From: Gemmatimonadaceae bacterium
GTDB lineage: Bacteria > Gemmatimonadota > Gemmatimonadetes > Gemmatimonadales > Gemmatimonadaceae
Assembly (NCBI GenBank): GCA_040902005.1
Contig: JBBDYA010000120.1
Coordinates: 1-64,000, forward strand
DNA length: 64,000 nt
Reading direction: 5' to 3'
Part shown: one piece after another, positions 38,115 to 48,705 of the stretch
Position numbering within the stretch: position 1 is the stretch's first letter
Layout of the letters: each line of letters opens with the position of its first letter
Made by a program: the position numbers and the translations under genes
The notes under the pieces: model-generated
What the model was told of the DNA's origin: nothing
Database searches by the model: none
The model's input: the letters and a program-made list of their open reading frames with translations, nothing else

Positions 38115-39728
38115 ATGTCGCTCTACAAGGCTTCGACTCGCATCGGGCTGTTCGCGATCCTCCTCGGCGTCATCGTGCTGTCGTTGTTCGGCAGTCTGGC
38201 CGCCGCCGATCGCGCGCTGGCGACCGCGGACCGCAGAGCCGCGCGCATGGACGCCCGGGCGGAAGCGCTGACGGCGGAGCGGGAACTCCGCTCGTATGGC
38301 GACCTGCTCGAGGAGCTGTTCGCGCCGCTGTTGCCATCCGGTGCCGTGGACACCCAGTCGCTCGCGCTGGCAATCCCCGAGGGCACGTTCGACGGCGTGT
38401 GGATCATGGATCTCCGGGGACAGGTCGTGTGGCGCCTCGCGTCCGATGCGGCGAGCATCGTGGACGCGGCGACGCTGGCCCGGGCGGCGACCGACGCCGT
38501 TCCCGGCACCGGACTCAGCGTGCGCGGGCTCGCCACGGACAGCACCCGGGGAATGCTGATCACCGTTCCGCTCGGCCACCGCGGGGCGGCGCTCGGCGCG
38601 GCGTCGGGGTTTGTCACCGGCGCCCGTTTCCTGGAGCAGCTCGACCACCCGGCGTCGCGACCCCGGCTGTCGATCCAGTTCGCCGGGCAGTCCCTTGGCA
38701 CAGTGGGAGACAACGTGCCCCGATACGCACTGATCACGGCGGACGCTCCGCTGAACGTGCGCGGGGACCCGCTGGTGCTCTCGGTGGCGCACGCGCAGAG
38801 CGGACGCGCGGTTCGCACGGTGCTCTGGATGCTGGGGGTGGTGGGATTGGCCGCGCTGCTCGTGGGACTCGCGCGCGAGCGACGGCAGGCGATGCATCTC
38901 GCCGGGCGCACCGCAGAGCTCGAGCGGTTGTATCAGGAGGTGGCGCGGTCGAACCGGATGAAGAGCGAGTTCCTGGCCAACGTGTCACACGAGCTTCGCA
39001 CGCCGCTCAACGCAATCGTGGGATTCGTGGAGATGCTCAGGGAGGGCGTGTACGGCGATTTGACGCCGCGGCAGGCGCTACCGGTGGATCGCATTGCCGC
39101 GTCCGCGACGCACCTGCGTCAGCTCGTGGATCGTCTGCTGGATATCGCGAAGATCGCGGCGGGTCGTCTCGAAATCCACATCGAGCCGCTGGTGCTGCGT
39201 CCCTTCGTGCTGAACGTGGCGAGCGAAATGGAATCCCTGATCAGCGAACGCGGGCTGGCGCTGTCGGTGGACGTGAGTCCGTCGCTGTCGCGCATTCGCA
39301 CCGACCAGAACCACCTGCGCCAGATTCTCATCAACTTGATCGGCAACGCGGTGAAGTACACGCCGACGGGTGGCATCCAGGTGCGGGCACGGATCGTGGG
39401 CGACGGCGTGGAGTCGGACCCGCCGGGCGAACAGGAGCGACACGCCGGTTCCCCTCCGGACCCGCACCGGAAGTGGATCGCGCTCCAGGTGAGCGACACG
39501 GGTGTGGGGATCGTGGACGGTGACCTGGAGCGCATCTTCGACGAATTCGAGCAGGTCAACGCGGGCGCGCGAACGGATTCGGCGCAGCGCGGCACGGGGC
39601 TTGGGCTCGCGATTTCCCGGCGGCTCGCCCGCCTGCTGGGCGGGGACCTCACCGTCGTCAGCGAGGCCGGACGCGGCTCGACGTTCACGCTCTGGCTTCC
39701 GCTGGAGTTCAGCCAGGCCGAGAGCTGA
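38115..39728 (+). CDS. Membrane sensor histidine kinase
   Basis: Two TM helices, FLANVSHELRTPL, NLIGNAVKYT, DTGVG, GTGLGL. Confidence 0.92.
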   Translation: MSLYKASTRIGLFAILLGVIVLSLFGSLAAADRALATADRRAARMDARAEALTAERELRSYGDLLEELFAPLLPSGAVDTQSLALAIPEGTFDGVWIMDLRGQVVWRLASDAASIVDAATLARAATDAVPGTGLSVRGLATDSTRGMLITVPLGHRGAALGAASGFVTGARFLEQLDHPASRPRLSIQFAGQSLGTVGDNVPRYALITADAPLNVRGDPLVLSVAHAQSGRAVRTVLWMLGVVGLAALLVGLARERRQAMHLAGRTAELERLYQEVARSNRMKSEFLANVSHELRTPLNAIVGFVEMLREGVYGDLTPRQALPVDRIAASATHLRQLVDRLLDIAKIAAGRLEIHIEPLVLRPFVLNVASEMESLISERGLALSVDVSPSLSRIRTDQNHLRQILINLIGNAVKYTPTGGIQVRARIVGDGVESDPPGEQERHAGSPPDPHRKWIALQVSDTGVGIVDGDLERIFDEFEQVNAGARTDSAQRGTGLGLAISRRLARLLGGDLTVVSEAGRGSTFTLWLPLEFSQAES

Positions 39729-39731
39729 CGC

Positions 39732-40649
39732 TCAGTCCCTCACCTCGCGATTGAACATCTGCCTGAACTTGTCGAGGAACCCGGGCCGCTCCACTTCCAC
39801 GGGTTCGCCCACCGCTTCGCGCAGGGCGTTCGCGAACTCGACGGCGTCCGCATACCGCTTGCCCGGTTCCTTCGCGAGTCCGCGCATGATCACCGCCTCC
39901 ACCGCGCCGGCGAACCGGAGGCCCGACCGCGCGGCGTTGAGCGTGATGGGCGGTTGCGACAGCAACTGCGAGAACATCTCCCGCGGCGTCTTGGCAGTGT
40001 ACGGAAGGCAGCCGGACAGCAGGAAGTACGCGATCGTGGCGAGACTGTACTGATCGGCGGCCGGCGTCACCAGCTCGCCGGAGAGCGCCTCGGGCGCCAC
40101 GTACATCAATGTGCCGACGAAGAACCCCGCGCGGGTCAGGCGCTGCTCCGGCTCGGTGTCGGTGTCCGTGGCGATGCCGAAGTCGAGCAGCTTCACCTCA
40201 CCCGATGGCGCATCGAACATGACGTTCTCGGGCTTCAGGTCCCGATGGACGATGCCCACTTCGTGGGCGGCCTGCACCGCGTGCGCGATCCGCACCACCA
40301 TGTCCGCCACCTGCGAGGCCGGGAGCGCGCCGTTGCGGCGGGCGTACTTTTCCAGCAGTTCGCCCGCGGCCCATTCGATGGCGAGAAAGTGCAGCCCCGG
40401 CGCCGCCTCGCCGATCTCGATCGTGCGCACCACGTTCGGATGGACAACGCGCTCGCCATAGCGCGCCTCGCGGAGAAACCGGGCGACCGCGGTACGGTCG
40501 CTGCGCAGCTTCTCGCGGAGCACTTTCACGGCGACGAGGCCGTGTTCCGGATGGGTCGCGCGAAACACGGCGGACGTGCCACCCTCGCCCACTTCACTCT
40601 CGAGCGTGTAGCCGGCCAGCGTGCGCCCGACAAGGATCTCCCGTGGCAC
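39732..40649 (-). CDS. Hanks-type Ser/Thr protein kinase (cytoplasmic)
   Basis: [31 protein letters not shown] start is inferred. Confidence 0.92.
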   Translation of the reverse strand: MPREILVGRTLAGYTLESEVGEGGTSAVFRATHPEHGLVAVKVLREKLRSDRTAVARFLREARYGERVVHPNVVRTIEIGEAAPGLHFLAIEWAAGELLEKYARRNGALPASQVADMVVRIAHAVQAAHEVGIVHRDLKPENVMFDAPSGEVKLLDFGIATDTDTEPEQRLTRAGFFVGTLMYVAPEALSGELVTPAADQYSLATIAYFLLSGCLPYTAKTPREMFSQLLSQPPITLNAARSGLRFAGAVEAVIMRGLAKEPGKRYADAVEFANALREAVGEPVEVERPGFLDKFRQMFNREVRD

Positions 40650-40705
40650 GGCCGCGAACCTAACTGTCCCGTCGGAGGGGGGCAAGCGACCGCGCGCGCA
40701 TTTTC

Positions 40706-40735
40706 TTGACAAAAAATGGGCCGTTCCTCTATATA
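40706..40735 (+). promoter_or_regulatory. Sigma70 promoter for the cold-shock gene
   Basis: TTGACA-N18-TATATA. Confidence 0.6.
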
Positions 40736-40812
40736 GGGCCGCGTACGAAAAGCCACTCGGCTTGCCGCACCAGGAAAGGCAGGACGTGGTTCACTCGCAG
40801 GAGGCAGCTCGC

Positions 40813-41013
40813 ATGGCCACAGGGAAGGTGAAGTGGTTCAATGACGCCAAGGGGTACGGCTTCATTGAGCAAGAAGGCGGCGAAGATGTGTTCGTGCACT
40901 TCTCGGCAATCACGATGGACGGATTCAAGACGCTCACGGAAGGACAGCAAGTCGAGTTCGAGATCCACACCGGAGAAAAAGGTCTGCACGCTGCAAACGT
41001 GACCCGGGTCTGA
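40813..41013 (+). CDS. Cold-shock protein (CspA family)
   Basis: [18 protein letters not shown]...[18 protein letters not shown]. Confidence 0.96.
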   Translation: MATGKVKWFNDAKGYGFIEQEGGEDVFVHFSAITMDGFKTLTEGQQVEFEIHTGEKGLHAANVTRV

Positions 41014-41037
41014 CTTCCGGCCACGCCGCGAACCTGC

Positions 41038-41069
41038 CACCGCCCGCCGGCACCCACCGGCGGGCGGTG
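41038..41069 (+). terminator. 13-bp GC hairpin after the csp gene
   Basis: CACCGCCCGCCGG-N6-CCGGCGGGCGGTG; no U tract. Confidence 0.45.
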
Positions 41070-41096
41070 CGGGTCTACACCCGTGGCGTTCGATTG

Positions 41097-41234
41097 CATC
41101 CAGCCGGAATTCAAGTCCTGAGCTTCCAGTACCCCCCCCAGTGTGGCTCAGCGGGTCAGTTTTGAACTGAACTGGCGGGCTGGGTAGCTGACGGACTGCA
41201 GTACTCAAGACTTGGATTCCGCGTCCCGGGGATG
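41097..41234. ncRNA. Candidate structured RNA or leader upstream of polA
   Basis: Closing stem GGAATTCAAGTCCTGAG/CTCAAGACTTGGATTCC with nested inner stems. Confidence 0.35.
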
Positions 41235-41245
41235 ATCTTTCACCC

Positions 41246-44221
41246 GTGACCGTGACGCCCCCGACCGCGCCAACGCTGTTCCTCGTGGATGGCTACGCGC
41301 TGATCTATCGCGCGTTCTACGCGCTGATCGCGCGCCCGCTGACCACCAGCCGCGGCGAGAACACGAACGCTGCCTGGGGCATCGTCAACTTTCTCAACCG
41401 GCTGCTCAGCAAGCACAAGCCGGAGTACGTGGGCTGGGTGCACGATTCCGGGCTGTCATTCCGGCATGAGACCTACCCCGCGTACAAGGCCACGCGCGAA
41501 AAGCTGTCCGACGACCTCCAGGCGGACTTCGATCGCGGCATGGAGCGCATCGGCGATCTGCTGGATGCGTACCGCGTGCAGATCCTGACCGTTCCGGGCT
41601 ACGAGGCCGACGACGTGATCGGCACGCTCGCGCGGCAGGCGGTGGAACAGTCGCTCAACGTCGTCATCGTTTCTGGCGACAAGGATTTCCAGCAGCTCGT
41701 GCAGCCCGGCGTGTGGCTGCTCAATCCCGGCCGCGGCGGTCCCGCCAACGTGGAAGAGCACTGGGTGAGCGTTGAGAATGCCACCGAACGGCTGGGGGTG
41801 CCGCCGGCGCTCGTCACCGACTACCTCGCGCTGGTGGGGGACAGCTCGGACAACGTGCCGGGTGTGAAGGGGATCGGTGACAAGACCGCCATCGAGCTGG
41901 TGAACGCATACGGGCCGCTGGAGGAGATCCTTGCCCACGCGGCGGAGATCACGAAGAAGCGCCCGCGCGAGGCGCTGCTCGCGCAGGGCGCCGAGGCGCG
42001 GCTCTCCAAGGAGCTGGTGACGATCCGTCAGGACGTGGACATCACGCTCCAGCTGGACGCCCTGAGGATTCGCGAACCGGACCGGCCGCGCCTGCGCGAT
42101 CTGCTGGTCGAGCTCGAATTCCACCAGCTGGCCCGGCAGATCGTCACCACCGACGAGCCGGTGGCGACAGCGTCCGGTCCCTCGTCGCACGCCGCGGCGT
42201 CAACGGCGTCAACGGCGTCAACGGCGTCCGCGGCGTCCGCGCCGCCGGCACGAACGCCGCGTCGCTACACCGCGGTCACGGAGCCGTCGGTCGTGCAGGA
42301 CGTGCTCGCCAGGGCGCGCGGCGCGCGGACGCTGGCCATGAGCGTGTCGGTCGTTCCCGACCCGGGGGCGCCCAATCCGAACGATCCGTTGCGCGCGACG
42401 CTCGTCGGCGTCACGCTCGCGGTGGCACCGGGTGAGGCGTACTACTTCCCCTTTGCGCACCGCAAGTTCGAGCCGCCGCAGACCACGCTCGGGCTGGGCG
42501 AAGGCATGGGTTCCGCGGCGGCACCGAAGAAATCGAAGACGTCCCGGACGCCGGAGCCTCAGAGCATCGCGGCGCGCGCGCTGGCCGCGGGCGCGCCGGA
42601 GGTGTCGAATCTTCCGGCGATCACCGGCGACGCCATGCGGGCGCTGCGCGAGCTGCTCGAGGACGCGTCCGTGCGCAAGACGGCGCAGAACGGCAAGTTC
42701 GACCTGCTGGTGCTCCGTCGCGCCGGCGTCGCGCTCGCCGGCCTCGAATTCGACACGATGATCGCGAGCTACGTGCTCGATCCCGGACGCCGCGATCATG
42801 GCCTGGATGTCCTGGCGCTCGAGTTTCTTCAGGAGAAGATCGGAACGGTCGAGGAATTGTGCGGCAAGGGCAAGGGGCTGATTCCCTGGGACCAGGTACC
42901 CCAGGACTGCGCCACCGCGCACGCCGGCGAGCACGCGGACGTGGCACTCCGGCTGCGCGAGGTGTTCGAGCCGCAGCTCGAGACGCTGAAGCTTCGCGCG
43001 CTGCTCGACGACATCGAGATGCCGCTGCTGCCCGTGCTCGCGGATATGGAGCATGCGGGCATCCTCATCGACGTCGAGGGATTTGCCACGCTCAAGCACC
43101 GCTTCGCGGGGGAACGGCAACGCCTGGAGGGGGCGATCCACGCCGCGGCCGGCCAGGAGTTCAACGTCAACTCGCCGCTCCAGCTGCGCGAGATTCTGTT
43201 TGAGAAACTCCAGCTGCCCGTGCTCAAGAAGACACCGAGCGGGCCGTCCACGGATGCGAGCGTGCTCCAGCAACTGGCGGACGCCGGGCACGAGCTGCCG
43301 GCGCTGCTCATGGAGTATCGCGAGGTCACGAAGCTCGAGAACACGTACGTGGACGCGCTGCCGGCGCTGATCAATCCCCACACGGGCCGCCTGCACACGA
43401 CCTTCAACCAGGCGGCCGCGGCGACTGGCCGTTTGTCGTCGAACGACCCGAATCTCCAGAACATTCCGGTCCGCCGCGAGCTGGGGCGCGACATCCGCCG
43501 CCTGTTCATCGCGCGCCCCGGCGCGGTCCTGCTCTCGGCCGACTACTCGCAGATCGAGCTGCGCCTGCTGGCGCACCTCTCCGGTGACGACGCGTTCGTG
43601 CGCGCGTTCAAGGCGGGGGGCGACATCCACCGGCAGACCGCGGCGCTCATCTTCGAGGTGGACATCGCCGACGTGACCGCGGACATGCGCGCGCGCGCCA
43701 AGACGATCAACTTCGCCACGATCTACGGCCAGGGGCCGCACGCGCTGTCGCGGCAACTCCGGATCACGCACGCCGAGGCGAAGGAGTTCATCGAGCGCTA
43801 CTTCGAGCGGTTCACGGGCGTGCGGCGCTATCTGGATTCCTGCGTCGAGTTCGCGAAAACCAACGGCTACGTGCAGACCATCTTCGGCAGGCGGCGGTAC
43901 GTGCCGGAGGTGCGGGACCGCAACTTCAACATCCGCGCGTTCGGCGAGCGCGTGGCGGCGAACTCACCGATCCAGGGCTCGGCGGCGGACCTGATCAAGA
44001 TCGCCATGGTCCGCGTCGCGTCCGCGCTGCGCGCGCGACAGGGCGAGTCGCGCATGCTGCTGCAGGTGCACGACGAGCTGGTGTTCGAGGCGCCCGCGAA
44101 GGAAGTGGAGGAGCTCACGGGCCTCGTCCGCGCGGAAATGGAAGGGGCGGCCGCGCTCGCGGTGCCGCTGATCGTGGACGTGGGCGTGGCGCCCAACTGG
44201 CTCGACACGAAACTCGACTGA
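41246..44221 (+). CDS. polA: DNA polymerase I
   Basis: LVDG..LIYRAFY, YEADD, GDSSDNVPGV, TGRLSS.DPNLQNIP, DYSQIELR, AKTINF, QVHDEL. Confidence 0.98.
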   Translation: MTVTPPTAPTLFLVDGYALIYRAFYALIARPLTTSRGENTNAAWGIVNFLNRLLSKHKPEYVGWVHDSGLSFRHETYPAYKATREKLSDDLQADFDRGMERIGDLLDAYRVQILTVPGYEADDVIGTLARQAVEQSLNVVIVSGDKDFQQLVQPGVWLLNPGRGGPANVEEHWVSVENATERLGVPPALVTDYLALVGDSSDNVPGVKGIGDKTAIELVNAYGPLEEILAHAAEITKKRPREALLAQGAEARLSKELVTIRQDVDITLQLDALRIREPDRPRLRDLLVELEFHQLARQIVTTDEPVATASGPSSHAAASTASTASTASAASAPPARTPRRYTAVTEPSVVQDVLARARGARTLAMSVSVVPDPGAPNPNDPLRATLVGVTLAVAPGEAYYFPFAHRKFEPPQTTLGLGEGMGSAAAPKKSKTSRTPEPQSIAARALAAGAPEVSNLPAITGDAMRALRELLEDASVRKTAQNGKFDLLVLRRAGVALAGLEFDTMIASYVLDPGRRDHGLDVLALEFLQEKIGTVEELCGKGKGLIPWDQVPQDCATAHAGEHADVALRLREVFEPQLETLKLRALLDDIEMPLLPVLADMEHAGILIDVEGFATLKHRFAGERQRLEGAIHAAAGQEFNVNSPLQLREILFEKLQLPVLKKTPSGPSTDASVLQQLADAGHELPALLMEYREVTKLENTYVDALPALINPHTGRLHTTFNQAAAATGRLSSNDPNLQNIPVRRELGRDIRRLFIARPGAVLLSADYSQIELRLLAHLSGDDAFVRAFKAGGDIHRQTAALIFEVDIADVTADMRARAKTINFATIYGQGPHALSRQLRITHAEAKEFIERYFERFTGVRRYLDSCVEFAKTNGYVQTIFGRRRYVPEVRDRNFNIRAFGERVAANSPIQGSAADLIKIAMVRVASALRARQGESRMLLQVHDELVFEAPAKEVEELTGLVRAEMEGAAALAVPLIVDVGVAPNWLDTKLD

Positions 44222-44493
44222 TGGACGAGGCACCGTACCAGGAGTTCACGTCCCGCCGGGAGGGAATGCTGCACGCCATGGACGGCGGGCTGTGGTTGCA
44301 TCGACATGTGTGGCAGGGGCGGCCGATGGCGCACCTCGTCTCCACCGACCGGGACAAGTTGCTCGCGTACGGCGCGCGGGTGGGGCTGCCCGCGTCGCGG
44401 CTGCAGCACAAGCCGTTGAAGGATCCGCGGACGGGCAAAGTCCGCGACGCGTGGCACTGGGACCTGGGCGGGCCGTTTCTCCCGCCCCGCTAG
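44221..44493 (+). CDS. Small protein, DUF4031-like
   Basis: AHLVSTD..KL..YGARVGL....LQ...HWDL pattern; start overlaps the polA stop. Confidence 0.6.
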   Translation: MDEAPYQEFTSRREGMLHAMDGGLWLHRHVWQGRPMAHLVSTDRDKLLAYGARVGLPASRLQHKPLKDPRTGKVRDAWHWDLGGPFLPPR

Positions 44494-44542
44494 GGATCCC
44501 GTCGCGGTCGAACCTATCGGATCGCACCCACGTTCACCACCA

Positions 44543-45889
44543 TTGAGCCACCGCCATAGCCAGGAGCCGACCGTGCTGGAGAAGCTGGGCCTTCACCGTC
44601 CTGAATTGCGCGCCTGGGCCACGTACGACTGGGCGCTCTCCGGGCTACAGACCGTCATCATGACGGCCGTGTTTCCGATCTACTTCGTGAAGGTCGCGGC
44701 GGTGAATTTCGAGGGCTCGGCTGCAACGCAGCAACTGGCGCGCGCCAACATGATCGCCATGATCATCGTCGCGCTGCTCTCCCCGTTTCTCGGGGCGATG
44801 GCGGACTACGGCGCGACGAAGAAGCGATTCCTCGGCGTCTTCACGCTGCTCGGCGTGATGGCCACGATCGCCATGTTCGGCATCGGGGAGGGCGACGCGA
44901 GCCTGGCGTCCACGCTCTTCATTCTCGCCATGGTGGGCGGCACCGGGTGCGTCGTCTTCTACGAGGGACTACTGCCCCACATCGCGCGGCGCGACGAGAT
45001 GGACCGCGTCTCCACGGCGGGGTACGGCATCGGCTACCTGGGGGGCGGGTTGCTGCTCACCCTCAATCTCGCCTGGATCCAGCGCCCCGATTGGTTCGGT
45101 TTCCCGGAGGGCACCTTCGCGGCACGCCTCTCGTTCGTGTCCGTCGGGGTGTGGTGGGCCGTGTTCGCCATACCGCTCTTTCTCCGCGTCTCCGAACCCC
45201 CGCGTTTTCTGGAGTCCGACGAGCAACTGGGTCAGAACCCCATGCGCGTTGCGTTCCAGCGCCTGGGCGAAACGGTGCGCGAACTGCGCGGATACAAGCA
45301 GGCGTTCCTGATGCTGATCGCGTTTCTCGTGTACAACGACGGGATCCAGACCATCATCAAGATGGCCACGGCGTACGGCACCGAGATCGGCATCGGGCAG
45401 GGATCGCTCATCGCCGCCGTGGTCATGGTGCAGTTCGTGGGCGTTCCGTTCGCGTTCCTCTTTGGCCGGCTTGCCGGGAAGATCGGTCCCAAGCCCGCCA
45501 TCTTCCTCGGGCTGATCGTCTACGCCATCATCAGTATCCTGGGCTATTTCATGACCACGGCGACGCATTTCTTCATTCTCGCCGGTCTGGTCGGGATGGT
45601 GCAGGGCGGCACGCAGGCGCTCAGCCGATCGGTGTTCGCGAGCATGATCCCGGCGCACAAGAGCGGCGAGTTCTTCGGGTTTTACAGCGTCTTCGAGAAG
45701 TTCGCGGGGATCTTCGGGCCGCTCCTGTTCGTGATCACGATCTCCCTCACGGGCTCGAGCCGGAACGCGATCCTTTCCGTGATCGTCTTCTTCATCGCCG
45801 GGGCCGCGCTCCTGTGGAAGGTGGATGTCGCGGCGGGCCGTGCGGTGGCGAAAGAACGGGAGAGCGAGACGCGGACGGCACGCGCGTGA
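44543..45889 (+). CDS. MFS transporter (Atg22/UMF1-like)
   Basis: WATYDWA, VFPIYF, YNDGIQT, QALSRS, EFFGFY; about 12 hydrophobic segments. Confidence 0.9.
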   Translation: MSHRHSQEPTVLEKLGLHRPELRAWATYDWALSGLQTVIMTAVFPIYFVKVAAVNFEGSAATQQLARANMIAMIIVALLSPFLGAMADYGATKKRFLGVFTLLGVMATIAMFGIGEGDASLASTLFILAMVGGTGCVVFYEGLLPHIARRDEMDRVSTAGYGIGYLGGGLLLTLNLAWIQRPDWFGFPEGTFAARLSFVSVGVWWAVFAIPLFLRVSEPPRFLESDEQLGQNPMRVAFQRLGETVRELRGYKQAFLMLIAFLVYNDGIQTIIKMATAYGTEIGIGQGSLIAAVVMVQFVGVPFAFLFGRLAGKIGPKPAIFLGLIVYAIISILGYFMTTATHFFILAGLVGMVQGGTQALSRSVFASMIPAHKSGEFFGFYSVFEKFAGIFGPLLFVITISLTGSSRNAILSVIVFFIAGAALLWKVDVAAGRAVAKERESETRTARA

Positions 45890-46797
45890 CCGCGACGTCG
45901 CATGGACTGCGTGCCATGGGCACCGTTCGGGCCTGCGCTTCCGTGCTCGTCAGTGTGGTGTTCGTCGGGTGTGCGCCGCCCGACGCCGAGCCGGTGTCCG
46001 ATTCCCCTGGCGTCGCGGCGCCGCCCGTCGCGACGTCGTCGCCGGCTCGGCGCGGGGCCTGGTCGGAGGAGCTTGGACGCGCACTGCTCGTGCCGGCGCA
46101 CGCCGAATCCCTGGCGATCGTGCTCTTCCCCGATGACGCGACGGCGCCCCACCCCACGCTTGACGAGCGCATGTCCGTCACGCTCCACAACGCGGGAGGC
46201 GACACGAGCGTGGCGTCGGCGTCATCGGAGGGGCAGCAGTGTGGTGACGCGCCGATCGTCCGGCTCACCGGGACCCTCCTGCCGGGATGGTCGGTCGGGC
46301 TTCCGGGCCGGTCTGCCCGCGTGCTGAGCGTGGACTCGATCGAAGCGCTCTCCGGTGCGGACTCGTCTCGCGTCACCACGTCGCTCGCGCGCGTCGCGTC
46401 CACCCTGACCGCGCGCGAGGAATCACGCTTCAGCGGGCTTCCGTTTTCCGTGAAGCGCGCGCGCCGCTTCCGGCTGGAGGGACGCGAGGTGGTCATGGCC
46501 CACCTGGTTCGGCGCGTGCCGCAGGAGTCGGCGCCGCTGGAGGAGCACACCTTCCTGATCGTGGAGCGCCCCTCGGGGGGGGGGGGCAACGAGCCCTTCG
46601 TCATCGCCCACAGCCGCCGCTCGGACGGGTCGGAGGAGAACGCCGAGTACTTCGAGGTGCTGGCCGTGTTGCAGGGTCGCGGCGGCGTGTTCCTCCTGCT
46701 GGCGCGCGATCGGTTGCAACAGATCACCTATGAGATGCTGGAGCGGAGCGGCCCGGGGTCGTGGACAGTCCGGTGGTCGCGTGCGCTCGGCTGCTGA
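45886..46797 (+). CDS. Hypothetical lipoprotein
   Basis: 3' part of ORF 44947-46797; GTGA overlap with the MFS stop, hydrophobic stretch ending FVGC; alternative ATG 45916. Confidence 0.6.
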   Translation: MTATSHGLRAMGTVRACASVLVSVVFVGCAPPDAEPVSDSPGVAAPPVATSSPARRGAWSEELGRALLVPAHAESLAIVLFPDDATAPHPTLDERMSVTLHNAGGDTSVASASSEGQQCGDAPIVRLTGTLLPGWSVGLPGRSARVLSVDSIEALSGADSSRVTTSLARVASTLTAREESRFSGLPFSVKRARRFRLEGREVVMAHLVRRVPQESAPLEEHTFLIVERPSGGGGNEPFVIAHSRRSDGSEENAEYFEVLAVLQGRGGVFLLLARDRLQQITYEMLERSGPGSWTVRWSRALGC

Positions 46798-46816
46798 GCC
46801 CATCCGAACACGGCGG

Positions 46817-47719
46817 CTACTCCTCCAGGTCGTGCCTGGCGAGAAATGCCGGCGCGCTGCCCCGCCCGAACGCGCCGAGCGCCATGAGCGTGAGCACGTA
46901 AGGAATCATTAACACCAGCTCGTACCGCACCCGCCATCCGAGCGACTGCACCACGAACTGAAGTGCCATGGCGCTGCCGAACACGAGGCTCGCGATCGCG
47001 ACGCCCGCCGGGCGCCACCGGCCCAGCGCGACGATGGCGATCGCCAGGAACCCGCGCCCGGAGGACATCCCCTCCGCGAATGAGCCGGCTTGCGCGAGCA
47101 CCAGCGCGCCGCCGGCGAGCCCGCCCATCGCCGACCCGAAGAGCACCGCGCCGAACTGCGTTCGGGCGACGTGAATGCCCGCCGAGCGCGCCGCGGCGGG
47201 CGACTCTCCCACCGCGCGCAGCGACAGCCCCGCATGCGTGCGGTTCGTCCACCACCACACCGCTGGAATCGCGGCGAAGGCCGCATACGCGATCGCCGGC
47301 TGCGCGAACAGCGCACCGCCGACCAGCGGGAGGTCCGACAGCACCGGGATGCGGTACACGGTCCCGATGTCCACCACGAGTGCTCCGGCGCTCCCGCGCG
47401 CACGGAACAGCGTGCCCGTGACTCCCAGCGCGAGCATGGTGAGCGCCGTGCCGACGATGATCTGGTCGCGGCGCAGCGAGACCGAAAACACGGCGAGGAT
47501 CAGCCCCAGCGACATGCCGGCCAGCGTCGCCGCGCCATATCCAGCGGCCGGGCCAGCGCCGGCGCACACGAACGCCGCGTAGGCGCCCGCGATGATGCAT
47601 CCCTCCAGGCCGATGTTGATGACGCCCGCCCGCTCGGAGACCGACTCGCCAATCGCCGCGATGAGGAGCGGCGTGGCAGTGCGCACCGCCGCCTCCAGAA
47701 AGAACTCCAGCTCGTTCAC
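46817..47719 (-). CDS. Nucleoside/sugar ABC transporter permease
   Basis: ERAGVINIGLEG, LRAVGE.P, GRGFLAIA, PYVLTL. Confidence 0.9.
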   Translation of the reverse strand: MNELEFFLEAAVRTATPLLIAAIGESVSERAGVINIGLEGCIIAGAYAAFVCAGAGPAAGYGAATLAGMSLGLILAVFSVSLRRDQIIVGTALTMLALGVTGTLFRARGSAGALVVDIGTVYRIPVLSDLPLVGGALFAQPAIAYAAFAAIPAVWWWTNRTHAGLSLRAVGESPAAARSAGIHVARTQFGAVLFGSAMGGLAGGALVLAQAGSFAEGMSSGRGFLAIAIVALGRWRPAGVAIASLVFGSAMALQFVVQSLGWRVRYELVLMIPYVLTLMALGAFGRGSAPAFLARHDLEE

Positions 47720-48705
47720 GCGGATGCCTCCGGCGCGGGTGCACCGCTCGCCCGGCCGCGCCGCCGCGGCCAACGGACCCACGCCATGTGCCCGCCGAAC
47801 CCGATCACCGCGAGAATGGCCACCGCCTCCAACACCGACGCCACCGTGGACGGCACGCCCGCGTCGCGCTGCATGCCGAGCGCGCCGGTCTCGAACGTGG
47901 CGAACAGGAACGCCGTCCCGATCACGGCGATCGGATTCAGGCGGGCAAGGATCGCCACCGCGATGGCCGCGAAGCCGTAGCCGGGCGACAGATGCTCGTA
48001 CAGCGCGTACGTCACCCCCGCGACTTCGATGCCGCCAGCCAGTCCGGCGATCGCGCCGCTCGCGACCAGCGCGAGCGCGGACACGCGGGGCACGTTGACC
48101 CGTCCCGCCGCGGCCGCGGCGGCGGGCGCCGCGCCCCCCGCCCGCAGCCGGAAGCCCGCCGCCGTGCGCGACAGAAACCACCACGCGCCGACGCTCACCG
48201 CGAACGCGATCAGCAGCCCGGCGTGAAGCCGGGTGTCCGCCACCAGCTGCGGCAGCCGCGCGCCTTCGTCGATCGATGCTGTCTGCGGGTACACGCGGGT
48301 CGGCTCCTGGAGCGGACCGCGCACGAGATACGACACCAGGTTCAGCGCGATGAAGTTGAGCATGATCGTGCTGATTACCTCGAGCACGCCGAATCGCGCG
48401 CGAAGCACGGCGGCGATACCGGCCCATGCCCCCCCGGCCGCGGCGCCCGCCCCAAGCGCCAGCAGGAGACCGACGACGCCGAGTCCCTGCGGCACGTGCA
48501 GCCCCACCACGGTGGCGGCAACCGCGCCGAGCAGCAACTGCCCCTCCGCGCCGATGTTGAATACGCCCGCCCGGAACGCGATCGCGATCGCCACGCCCAG
48601 AATCGTCAGCGGGATGGCGCGCACGAGTGTGCCGGACAGGAGCGCGCTGCTCGTGCCGAGCGATCCGCGCCAGAAGGCCTCGGCGACGAGCGCGATGTCG
48701 CTCAC
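47716..48705 (-). CDS. Nucleoside/sugar ABC transporter permease
   Basis: FNIGAEGQ, EVISTIMLNF, GYGFAAIAVAILAR. Confidence 0.9.
   Translation of the reverse strand: MSDIALVAEAFWRGSLGTSSALLSGTLVRAIPLTILGVAIAIAFRAGVFNIGAEGQLLLGAVAATVVGLHVPQGLGVVGLLLALGAGAAAGGAWAGIAAVLRARFGVLEVISTIMLNFIALNLVSYLVRGPLQEPTRVYPQTASIDEGARLPQLVADTRLHAGLLIAFAVSVGAWWFLSRTAAGFRLRAGGAAPAAAAAAGRVNVPRVSALALVASGAIAGLAGGIEVAGVTYALYEHLSPGYGFAAIAVAILARLNPIAVIGTAFLFATFETGALGMQRDAGVPSTVASVLEAVAILAVIGFGGHMAWVRWPRRRGRASGAPAPEASA

Noticed and set aside
41097..41234. SRP (4.5S) RNA or 6S RNA assignment
   Set aside because: No TCAGG...GGAA...GCAGC SRP motif on either strand; shorter than typical 6S RNA and no zapA/ygfA context.
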